A stretch of DNA of 64,000 nt. Origin: Chrysomallon squamiferum (lineage: Eukaryota > Animalia > Mollusca). The notes beneath the pieces were generated by a model, which worked only from the letters and a program-made list of their open reading frames with translations, made no database searches and was not told the origin of the DNA. Each line of letters starts with the position of its first letter. Position 1 is the first letter of the stretch. The DNA lies in contig CM022673.1 in NCBI GenBank assembly GCA_012295275.1, positions 7,502,001 to 7,566,000 on the forward strand, written 5' to 3'. The position numbers were made by a program, and so were the translations under genes. This document shows positions 24,574 through 38,105 of this stretch, piece after piece.

Positions 24574-25538
24574 TTTGCTTTGCCGACTATTAAAAGTTGT
24601 TTCGTTAAATTCGCACGTTCCTATTCTAAAAATAACGTCAACCTTTAAGGGTAATACAATCGAGGCTTATACGCCTTGTGGTTTTACTCTATGGAAATGT
24701 AGAAAGAAGGGAGAGAATCCATTTGTCCCAAATCTAAAGTGTTACAAATAATCTAGACTGTATGTGCCAATATGTATCTGCGACAGACACACCCTCTGGC
24801 CTGTCAGAGAGGCTAGGCTGCCTGTCGTAGACGTGCTTCACAACACCTCGTACTGATTAACACGTTAAAAATGTTTTCCGTCTGTCTGTGCCAATATAGA
24901 TTTTACTTTTCTATAGTGCAGCTGGCATTCATCTATTAAACTCACTAAAATATTATATTCACTTTTAGAGAGAGACAGATGATATATAAAAAGAGAAAAA
25001 AGAGAGAGACATAAAGTCAACGAGTGAGATAAGAAATAATAATGAGACAAGATCGAGTGAGAGCTGGCGGAAAGGGGGAAAAAAAGAAAAAAGAGGAAGA
25101 AGTTATTTTCAGCGATTTTAACTACAAAAATAACAGTACGCTAATTAGTCGGAATCTAGCTGTTGTTTAAAAGCAATGAATGAATTTATTTTTAGTGACC
25201 AGACTTCTGCAGTTTCGGATGTTTGACTATCAAAAGGAATGCTGGTAGTATGGCTTATCTTGACAACTCTGATGTTAAATTTAACTAGTCATGACAAAAA
25301 TGTCTTGATGTTCCAGATTTGGACATGCAAGAAGAATAAGTATCTTTTTTTTTTTTTTTTTTTTTTTTAAATCTATGAAAAGAAAGACGGAACAAGATAA
25401 AACTGAAAATAGTAGCTGTATTGTTAAGCTAATTTTTAATCCAAAATATTTATTATATTTGGTAATTTATTTAAAAGTACTTAATTTTTATTTTATTTAC
25501 ATTTCTCTCTCTGTCTCACATATCTGTCTGTCTGTCTC

Positions 25539-25569
<31 letters not shown>

Positions 25570-26489
25570 GTCTATCTATCTATCTTATACACTTTAGTTC
25601 AGCCTACATGAACACATATAAATAAAGATATTGTCGATCGTGAAGGAGACGACATTTTAAATTGAATAAATAAATTTTGGTAATCATCAGCAAAGAGGTA
25701 AGTAAAATAAACGACCCATCCATCCATCCCTAGATTCTGTCCAACACTAAAATAAGCAAACCGACGTGTACACACTAAATTCTCCTTGTTAACAACACAA
25801 ACATAAAAAAAGAACTACCTGTAACTTCTAATTCACTCTGAAACCATTCTCAACACGTGCAGTTAACATCTGTTCGTTCCTTTTTTTTTCGTTCCTCTTT
25901 TTGTTTTTTTTTTCTTTTTTTTTTCTTCTTCCACAAATGACTTGTTAATAAGCACTTGCACTGACATTTACGTCAACTTTGACAATGTCCTCTTGTTCCC
26001 TGCTGTTTGCAGAAACCAAAAAGGTCTCACTGTCACTGATATATTATATGAAGAGGAAATACTAAACGAATCTGCTGACTGTGTGCATGTAATTGACATT
26101 TAAAACGTACGTGCTTGTACTTGAAGTCAAATTCATTAAAACAGCGTGCATTTTGGTGTCAAAAACTGACGTCGTAAAACTTGAAGTTGGCTTGATATAC
26201 GTCGGTGCAACAGTGTTTCACAGAATAATTTGTTTATAATTTAAAAAAAATTTTATTTATTTTATTTTATTTTATTTTATTTTTTTTTTTTTTTTTTTTT
26301 GTATTGTTGTTCAAAAGTATCTTGCTTCACGAACTATGGTATATAAAGTAGAGGATGAATAAATAAATACTTTTTTATATAATAATAATAATAATAATAT
26401 GATTTTCCCCTCTTTTCAAGAAAATAATTTATATTATTATAACTTATATTATAAATTAACAGAAAAATATTCGTTATTGAAAAGCAGTT

Positions 26490-26617
<128 letters not shown>

Positions 26618-27649
26618 ACACAGACATACGTACATTTATATACAAACACGTGTTTTGTATATGTGTGTGCGTATTATTTTGTAGTTTGATATATTAAAAG
26701 GTCATGGCATTTTTCAGTTTCCTTAATTTATTAAACTACATGCAAAAGCAAAATTTGTTTTAATGTCATTCTAAACGGGCACCATGCACCTTTGCACCTT
26801 TGAAGCATCAATAAAGTACACATGAACGAGTACAGTATTTTTAACATCTGAAGTATATAATTTATATAAAATTATTATAAGAATAAAATTTGGTACTCAA
26901 AAGTTGTTATTTGTGTTAATTAATGTAATAACAGTTGTATGTGATAAAGAAAGAAAGTTGTTTTTTAAATTTTAGAAAAGAGAAAGAGAAATCATTAAAT
27001 TATATCTATTTAAACATTATATATATATATATAGATAATGCAGATATTGGTATCCTGTTAAACATTAAACTAATAATAATTATGGAAGATAAATAAAGAA
27101 AACAAAAATGGAGAAAGAAGGAAAGAAATATAAAAAACAGAACAATAAAAACAAAAATGAATGAAACAAAAAATAAATGTAAACAGAAAACACATTTTTA
27201 GATTTGAAGCAAATATAAAAATATTTTTTTTTTTTTTTTTTGCTCTGAAACTGAAAAACAAGCTGATTTTTTAATTTCTCGACGATTCGCTGAAATTCAT
27301 GTTCAGAAAAATCTTCATGTTGTGATATAAATATCTATAAAACTCGACTTGTGAAAAAAATCGTTTCACATACATCGTAACTGTTAAAATAATTGCGACT
27401 ATTTTCTTTTGTCGTGAACATTTTCAACATCAAATCGGCGGTTATATTAGAAATGCTTTGAAAATTGTTTAAAGATTATCGGTCTTGAATTCCAGTGTCA
27501 AGTTTATTTATCACTGATGGAGATGTCCCGTTTTGCTGTCAATATTTTCAGGTCTTACATAATACCAGTAGAATTTAGGTTAAAGTATAAAAAAAAAAGA
27601 AAAAAAGAAGAAGAAGTCTTTCTCTTTCTTCGTCATTTAAATTAATTCG

Positions 27650-27752
<103 letters not shown>

Positions 27753-27988
27753 CTCCCTCTGTCTGACAATACCCAGCTGCCTTCAAAGAAACAAAAGAGA
27801 ACGAATATATCTGATCAACGATCTGCTTTATTTGTAATACTTTATTAAACTTACACACATTAATCTTGAATGCGAAACAGAAGTACCTTTATTACTGAAC
27901 CAATTATCAAAAACAAATATTTTATTTCAAACTTTCCCACAGTTCCTATCACAAACTTCTGATTACACGAATCTCACAGCACTGACAG

Positions 27989-28021
<33 letters not shown>

Positions 28022-28283
28022 AAGTCACACCATTGTAATCACTGATGCGGATCGTTCGTGCGACCCCTGGCGCCTCAGTCAGACCAACTGCAAGTAGATT
28101 GTATAACTCACATGTCTACGAGTTGCTTCAAAGGCGGTAACCGAGATTGTTGATTCGTAATCTAATTTCGGATAACCTTACGAGAAGCATTTTTATCTCT
28201 TAATAAAACTCCGATAGTGCGAGCCCCCCTTTTCTCGTTATGTCGCGTTCTCTTTTTTTCTGATTAGCGTGCGCTCGGTGGTG

Positions 28284-28330
<47 letters not shown>

Positions 28331-28338
28331 TGCGTGTG

Positions 28339-28374
<36 letters not shown>

Positions 28375-28378
<4 letters not shown>

Positions 28379-28422
28379 ACAATAACCTACAGATCACAAG
28401 CTTCGCCATCCTGCAACTTGAT
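28375..28422 (+). repeat. 48 bp dispersed repeat, copy 1 (follows a (GT)n tract)
   Basis: tttgacaataacctacagatcacaagcttcgccatcctgcaacttgat; 46/48 identical to 32491-32538. Confidence 0.9.
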
Positions 28423-29759
28423 CATGGCTAATCTCGGTCACTGTGGCATTTTCAGAATCCAAAAGGAGATAGCATTTCACAGAGAAAAGAAAAAAGTGAA
28501 ATCTTTAATGTGTTTCCTTAAAAGAAGAAATAAAAAAAAAAAAAAAAATGTGAGAAAATCAACATTCGCTCGAATGTTAACCTAAAGTGAGAGGTTCTGC
28601 TACTGCTGATGCTACTGTTGTTGTTGTTATTATTATTATTATTATTGTTATTATTGTTGTTATTATTCTACCAATGAATACTACTATTACAATTCAACTA
28701 GTGATTTATTACTATTGTATTACTGCAAGTAATATTATTATAGTTTTTATTGTTGTTCTTGTAGGACACATGATAGTGACATTAATAGTAAATAAAAGTA
28801 ATGGAATTAGCAGCAGCGGTATTAGTAGTAACTAATAATAATAAATTAAAATGTGTGGCGACGAAAATACAAACATATAACAAAAATCATGTTACAAAGC
28901 GTTTAACGAATATAAATCCAGTTTAATTCAGTTCTCGAATAACAGCGTTTTTAACGCAGTCTTTCATACGCTGTGAAATAAATATATATAAAAAAAAAAT
29001 GGAGTACTTTTCGTGCTTGTTCAGCGCTAGCAGTTTTCGTCGGTTCCAAAATTGAGACCTCCTGCCGGAACCATTGTAGATTCGCCACTGAGATACGCTA
29101 ACATAATCTCCGCTCTTAACGGATAATAAACCTCTTATAACTTCCTCTTTTAGCTCAAGTGTACTCAGAATCGTACCGACTTTTGTTTTCTTTGAAAGTG
29201 CTATTAAAACAATTAATTGGAGCAATAAGTTGTAAACAAACCAACAATTAAAACCTAAAAATATATCCGATACTAAAAGGAACAAAACGAAGAAAAAGAG
29301 AAGGAAACAGCGAAGAATAAAGAAAAGTAATAATAATTATTAAAAAAAAACCGCTGATGTTTTTGAATTGGTTAGGCACAAACGCCGATAAATGTGGATT
29401 AAAAGAGTCGTGAACAAAAGGAAGGCGTCTTGTTGATAATGTGATTTAATATTCGCACTGATGCCAATATTCTTAGTATTGTTGATTTAAGAAAAATAAA
29501 TTTAAAAAATGTTTCGTCTTTTCCCCCGTTTTCTTCAATTTCGTTGACGTATGTCGATCATTTAACCTTCATCCTTCTATACCATTTCATCAAACAGTGA
29601 GGATTTATTATTGGCAAAAATTATAATTCAGAATGTTATGATAGAAAAAAAAAAAAACAACAGCAAGACTGAACTATCCGATAATCCTGACGCATTTAAA
29701 GCCCATTAGACAAAGTGTTGAAATCTCATTGATTTTTGAAAAAAGTTTGGTTTTCTCGT

Positions 29760-30208
29760 TTGCTTTTAAATCTCGCCTGCATTTGGCTGCCCTCCAGTTT
29801 GCAGACGACAAGAGTTACTCGCGCCTGTGACGTCATTTCATAGTCTCTTCTTTAATTCCGCTTCGCTCCAGCATTTGGAACCGAATTGTGTAGCAGACGA
29901 TACTCGCACTGAGGCGGGCTGTGTGTGAATAGTAGTACTGGTGCAAAACATTTCGCACGGGCAACTTGATGTTGACATTGTAACAGTGCAAGCATAGAAA
30001 CCGCTTTAGCTCGTTCAGAACGTATGTGACATGGCAGAAAGCAAGAAAAACTTCGACGAAAACCTCACGTCTTCTTTTTTTGTCATGATGTTCATGGTCA
30101 CAGACACAATGGGAGCTATACTCCTTGATGCTGTAACGGAGGATTAGCATTCAGTTTTTGTTAAAAAGTCAAGCAGCGTGGACTAACTTATAAGCAAGAT
30201 AGTTCATT
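29760..30208 (+). promoter_or_regulatory. Putative promoter and 5' leader of the mucin-like/KIAA1549-like gene
   Basis: CpG-rich, non-repetitive stretch directly upstream of the signal-peptide exon, with a perfect CRE palindrome TGACGTCA at 29828-29835. The TSS cannot be fixed from sequence. Confidence 0.5.
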
Positions 30209-30311
30209 ATGACTTTGAGAATGATTGTTTTAATTTGCATTGTTTTCTTCTGGCGCCTGGACTTTTGTTATGTAGAGACGCTAACCCCACACACTGTTTT
30301 AATATCATCAG
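30209..30311 (+). CDS. Signal-peptide exon, putative first coding exon of the mucin-like/KIAA1549-like gene
   Basis: MTLRMIVLICIVFFWRLDFCYVETLTPHTVLISS+G ends at a perfect CAG|gtaagt donor, phase 1. Linkage to the 57581 exon is inferred from strand, phase and the lack of another recognisable coding target. Confidence 0.72.
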
Positions 30312-30320
30312 GTAAGTCTT

Positions 30321-30371
<51 letters not shown>

Positions 30372-30610
30372 GATAATAATGATGACAATGATAATGGTAA
30401 TGATGACGATGATACAAATAAAACACAAAAATAAATATAATAATAGCAAAATTTTACCACGAATAATAATAATGATAATGATGATGATGATGATGATAAT
30501 AATTATTGTTATTTCTATATAGTAAAATGATATTGCAGCAAATCAAAACAAAATAAGGTTTATAGAACTACAATTTACAAATTAATATTTTTATTTTATA
30601 TAAAATTAAT

Positions 30611-30688
<78 letters not shown>

Positions 30689-31013
30689 GGGTATGCGTGT
30701 ATACTTACATTTACCTACAGATATGTAGTTGCTATTTGAAACAATTATTAAATCTTAAATGTGGGGAATATTTTGTTAATTATATTGTATACAATAATAT
30801 ATATGAATAAAATTTGCTATCACTTCATATACGTATATACTTATATGATGCTTTTGAAATTTTAATAAAATGCAACAAAAATTCACTCCCTAATAATACA
30901 GGTTCCAGATAATAATTTCCTAAAATTATTTCAGTATAAACCTTGCAATAACCTTTTCATGTGCATTAGTTCAGCTTACTGCAAAAGGTCACTGTTGCAA
31001 GATTATATCACCG

Positions 31014-31044
<31 letters not shown>

Positions 31045-31167
31045 AAAAATTAAATAAAAAACCCACATTTATATAGTTATTAATAAAAAAAAATTAACGT
31101 TTCTTTGTCTGTTGGCATTTATTATGCTTTATAATATTCATTTATAATAAACAATTATTGTATATGG

Positions 31168-31254
<87 letters not shown>

Positions 31255-32040
31255 TTTAAAGATTACTGTGAAGATTTTAAACAACTGAACAAAAAAAGGA
31301 AGAACATATTATTAGCAAATGGATAAACAAGAATTAGAAATGAACTATCAACAATTTTTAACCAACTTAAATTGAAATTTAGACAATGCTTTTAATGGTA
31401 TTAACATTTAACGTTGAGCAAAGGAGAAACAACAGAATGATTTTTATTAATAGAAATGCTAATCCATGTTTCAGATGTGAAGGTTAAAAATGATAAATTA
31501 AATTCTTAGAATCGGTCTGTTACAGAAAGACACACTCGGTTCAGAGAAAGTGATTGTTGGTTTTAAGGGAGCCATTTTTCTTTTTTCTTTCTTTCCACTC
31601 ACTTGTTACATGAACTGTACAAATCTTGGGTGTTTTTGTAATGATGATGATAATAACAACACCCATATTATTATTATTAGCAGTAGTAGTAGTAGTAGTA
31701 GTAGTATGTAGCATATACCCACTATCTGTATGTCTTTATCTTTCTTACTCTCACATTATTAAAGCTGTGTAGCTATTTCATCATGATTTTTCTTTTTTTG
31801 ACAATACATACACACAAAGAAACACATAAACGCAAAACACACAAACACGAACATGCACGCGCATGCACATTTCATGTTATGCAGTCTGTCTCTTCTTTCT
31901 TACTGTCACATTTACAAGCAGGTTTTGTTTGCCCGTATTTGTTACAATCTGACAAAAAGTGCGAATGCACTTAATTGATAAGTACTCACCTACTCGCAAA
32001 CCAACGCACATACACTCATGAATATAAACCACCTATCAGT

Positions 32041-32075
<35 letters not shown>

Positions 32076-32490
32076 CACACGCACACACTGAGTTTAGACC
32101 GCCACAGAGGTACTCGGTGCAAAAACTCGGGATTCCTCGGGTCATTCTGTCTTTTTTTTTTTTTTTTTTTTGAAGACGGTCCAAAGATTAAGAGAAGATT
32201 AAGAATGCGGCAAGTTTGGTGAATGAGCGTAAGAGAAAGAGAGAGTGTTTTGGACAGGGTCCGGATTACACAGGGATTTGCAAGCTCTTACACAATAAAG
32301 AGTTTCAGGAAGAACAGATTTTAGAAAAAAAAAAAAATATTTTTACTATACGAAGCACGTGGCGGTGTTGCTGTGTACTAGACTGTCATTACATTTCTCT
32401 TTTATGTCGAGTATTTGTAGACCAGAAGCGATTGGTGAAATAACTATTTTAAGGTTTCGTTTATATATTTGGTGTGTGTGTGTGTGTGTG

Positions 32491-32538
32491 TTTGACAATA
32501 ACCTACAGATGACAAGCTTCACCATCCTGCAACTTGAT
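32491..32538 (+). repeat. 48 bp dispersed repeat, copy 2 (between (GT)n and (ATAG)n/(ATGG)n)
   Basis: 46/48 identical to 28375-28422. Confidence 0.9.
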
Positions 32539-33566
32539 ATAGATAGATAGATAGATAGATGGATGGATGGATGGATGGATGGATGGATGGATGGATGGAT
32601 GGATGGATGGATGGATGGATGGATGGATGGATGGATGGATGGAGAGAGATAGACAGAATTTGAAAATCGAAAATTGAAATTCATTTCTTGCATTTTTCTT
32701 TTTTTTTAATTATTATTATTTTGTTGTTGTTGTTGTTGTTGTTTTGTTTCTTTCTTTCGTTTCTTCTTGTTTGTTCAGATCCATTTTCTGTTCGTCTGTT
32801 CTTAGTACAATACAAAACAACAACACAATGCATACAGCACAAAACAGTTCAGTGAAATACAATATTCTATTAAAAATCGCTCAAACATTTTAATGAGTTT
32901 TTCTCTTTTGTCTTGTTCTGTGTTTCTTCTTGTTCGTTCTGTTCCGTTTCTTGATTTTTCTGCTCTTGTTGCAACAGAATACAATATAATACACAAAATT
33001 ATAAAATATATTAAAATACGGTTTATCAATGATTATACAACAATTATAGGTCTAAAATTACTCAAATATGCAAATGATTAACATTAGCTCAAGCTGCTGT
33101 GACTGTGATTTACTCTTCCGATTGTTATTTTTGGTGTTTGTATTATCTTCATTTGTAATATTATCACAAACATTTAAATAATAATAATAATAATCATAAT
33201 AATAATAATATAGAGAAACATTTTGCTACTTCTAAAGCTTTTATTATTATTATTATTATTAATAGCATCATCATCATCACCATCGTCATCATATTATCAT
33301 CATTATTATTAATTTATCATCAATTTATTTTTTTGTCATAAAGGTGACATGAAAACGTTTTTAAAAAAAAAAGAATTTAGAGTAATACCAGTTTTGCATA
33401 ATGAAAATAAGGAATCCAGCGCTCTATAATATTATTTACTTTCTTAGATAATATGCATAAATATGAATTAATTAATTTCTTAATTTCCAAGATTTGGTGT
33501 GAGTTTTTAACATTATTTTAATATTAAATAAAAGCAGTTTATTACCACTATCGTCTCCATTTCTCT

Positions 33567-33649
<83 letters not shown>

Positions 33650-34019
33650 ATTTTCGTCTTAATCATCAACATTACTGTGGTTGTCATTAACATCGTCACC
33701 ATTATCATTACAATTATTATATTTGTTATTACTATTCCAGTCTAGTACTTATCAATTTATTCGATCCAAAATAGTTATATTTATTTTAGACGAAATTAAA
33801 AATTAATTAACATGTTTATCTGCCAGACAGTAGCGGATACTCAGATATGTACAAAACCTATGTTAACACTTTAAACGCTGGGATCTTACTAAACAAATAC
33901 ATGCCTCACGTTTTCAGCTGATTTGAAAACTCGTTGTCAACATCATGACAAGCAAACTGATGCATCAGAGTTTATCTTGATATTGTCTTGTTGAGGTTAA
34001 ATCTTAAAGTAAATTTAGC

Positions 34020-35142
<1,123 letters not shown>

Positions 35143-37487
35143 GAAACAGAATCAATAACGAAATTTGATGAGTGTCTGAACTCCTCTACATTCAAATAAT
35201 ATTTAAAAATAAATATACAACCATAATTTATAAATCAGTTTTATTTTATTTTTTATTATTTTTATTTTGTTCAGATTTGCTAATAAATAACATTTGCATA
35301 ACTAAATTGTACTAGGTTAATGAAAAACTTCATAAAATAAATGAATGAAGAAAATTACCAATATCGTCTAAAATTCAATATATAAACTTACTTTTTCTAA
35401 AAAAAAAGAAATTTTATTTATTTATTTATTTATCATTCATTCATTCATTCATTCATTCATTCTTTTATTCATTCTATCATTCTCTTCTTTTTTTTTTTTT
35501 TTTAAATTAATATATGCTACCACACTCAGGGCGTGTATAACATACTTAAAAGCTAGGTTGACTTAACAGAAAAATGAACAGAACCTCATCTCACACTGTT
35601 GATTAATAATTAAAACACACCAGGTGATCTAATTACTGTTGACTCTCTTGCACGTGGATATCGTGCATGATAATCTCCATTTATGTTGCTGTCATATCAT
35701 CATCTCGTGTGTGTTTGAATATCTGCATAAGACGCTTTTATTATTTTATTTTTCGTTTCGTGTCGAGTTCGTGTAAATTTATATTCCGAACTTTTAATAT
35801 TTTGCCTCGATGACACTGACCTTGCTTGGTCAATACAATTTCGCGGGATATTTCCTTTAACGCTCTCAAATATTGTACGAGTCGATAGCATTTAGAGAAA
35901 TGCTCTCGCGGACTCAAATATCTTGCGAATTATGCGATCACGTAATATCACTGTTTACACATAGCAATGATCCGAGAGTTTCGCACATAAACTTTATGCC
36001 ACCGAGTTTATTTCAAAATAATCAGAAAGCATTCCACGCAAGAAGCAGAAGAAACCACGATTAGGATTTGAGATTAGTTTGCATAGCGACAGAAATCAGG
36101 TTTTAAAATTGGGTATAAACTGAAAAGTATGCACACAGCTGAAGTATTTGTAAAATTAGGTTAAGTTGTTGGGGATGGACTGAATCTACGTAGGTTTAAA
36201 GTTGCGATATGGACTTGCAAAATCAGTCTGAAACGAAAATGACAGAAGAGTAGATTAGGATGGACTCTAGAACTGAGCGTTTCAGGGTGGCTGGCCAAGG
36301 TTCATTGTGTGATGAGTTGCAGGATAAATACTTCTCAGCGCGGGCATTAGGGCATTTCCAGTCTCAGATTTATCTCAAAGGTCGTGATATCGGCTTTCCT
36401 GTCTATGAAAAGGTGCATAAAAAAATCTCTTTCTACTAAATGAAAAAGTGTAGTCTACAACGTGACGGCCACATGTTTCCTCTGTCTTAATTTGTATAAT
36501 CCTTGTGTGTAGCATGCTGTGTTATGTGTCAAGACAAGATTTTCAACAACAAGCGATTCCCTTTTTTTTTAAATTGTATGTATGGATATGAAGATGGTAA
36601 TGCTATAGATCAGTTTCCAAAAGTAATTAAACTCACTAACAACAACAATACAATAAAGTAATAATAATAATAATAATTTCACAAAAAAAAAAAAAAAAAA
36701 AAAAATCAGATGTTTTACACTGAGTTTTAAATTAGTTGTCATTCTATTTATTTATTGTTGTTGATAGATTTTTAATTTTTTTATTATTATATTTTTTATC
36801 TCTTTTTAAAAAAAAGAAAAAAAGAAAAAAAAGGAAGAGCATGTCATTAGCGTGCTGTGTAAGTCATTTCAGAAGAGAATGGAATGACAACAACGCCGTG
36901 TTTGTTCTTGTTTCATCACAGGAAGCCAGCAATCCACACAAAAGCAGAATCGTGGCTTTTTCATAGATTATCGCTCTCATCTCGTGAACGCTTCGCCACG
37001 CAGTGTCAATGAGTAACGTGGCCGAGAACATGTAAACACAACGTATGAATATTGTTCAGTTTTAATTCCACTTATTCTTCACCGGCTCTTCTCTCTCAGT
37101 CCAGCGTGCTACACCCTCATTTTATTGCCAAGTTTTTTTTTTTTTTTTTTTATAAACGGATAAACAAAATGGGCAAGGAAACGTTGATTTCATGTTAGAC
37201 TGTAATTAAAATTGTTTGTGTTTAAGATAGCAGGAATTTCCTGACCCATGATGGCCGCAAGGTGCAGTGAGGGCGTTATAGATCGTACAAGTCTTTCTTT
37301 TCGTACTTGTTTTTTTGTTTTTCAACAGATTTTACTATATATGTGTGTGTGTATATGCATGTAAACATATACTGAATTATGTATATGTATGTGTATGTTT
37401 GTGAATATATATATTTTTTAACAGATTTAATTGTGTGTGTGTGTGTGCGATAAGCATACACACACACACACACACACACATTAGATA

Positions 37488-37868
37488 GAAAAAGGGAGAA
37501 AGAAATAATTTTATCTTCTACATTAAATTAATGAGGCAAGTTTTGGAATGATGAGATCAAGTTATGCATGTTTCATTACGTTCACATTAACACATTTTTA
37601 TATAATGGTATTTTATTTCTCGTGCCAAATTTAATGACATGTGTGTGTGTGTGTGTGTGTGTGTGAGCATATATACACATATATATGTAGAGGTTTAACA
37701 GAGCGAGGGAGAGAGAAAGAATTTTATCTTGAACATTAAATTAATGACGCAAGTTGTGGAATGATGAGTTAAAGTTACGAATGTTTCTTTACATTTACAT
37801 TAACCCATTTTTATAAAATATTTTGTTTGTTTGTTTTTTTCTAAATTTATTTTTTTATTTCACGAGCC
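37488..37868. repeat. Old two-copy tandem duplication (~220 bp period)
   Basis: aattttatctt...acattaaattaatga.gcaagtt.tggaatgatgag...cattaac.catttttata...ttttattt.c.cg.gcc occurs at ~37507 and ~37720. Confidence 0.8.
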
Positions 37869-38054
37869 AGCCACGACATATATCCTTCATGTAGCAGGAA
37901 AGTTCTTATAAAAAAAAATGAAATTCAGATTAATGGCATTTGATAAACCACTCCTCTGACTTTGGCTGGAAGGAAAATTAGTTCAACATGAAGAGGCTGT
38001 GATTAACGATTAGCATAAAACTGTGCATGTGTTTGTGTGTGTTTGTGGGTGCGC

Positions 38055-38105
<51 letters not shown>

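Noticed and set aside
28059-28074. CTCF-like tgcgacccctggcgcc between the divergent genes
   Set aside because: Several mismatches to the consensus; not distinguishable from chance without a PWM scan or ChIP data.
29833-30150. 105-aa minus-strand ORF
   Set aside because: No recognisable motif; it is antisense to the putative leader of the + strand gene.
37551-37570. bantam-seed-like TGAGATCA
   Set aside because: Only the seed matches, there is no hairpin, and the duplicate copy differs at this site.
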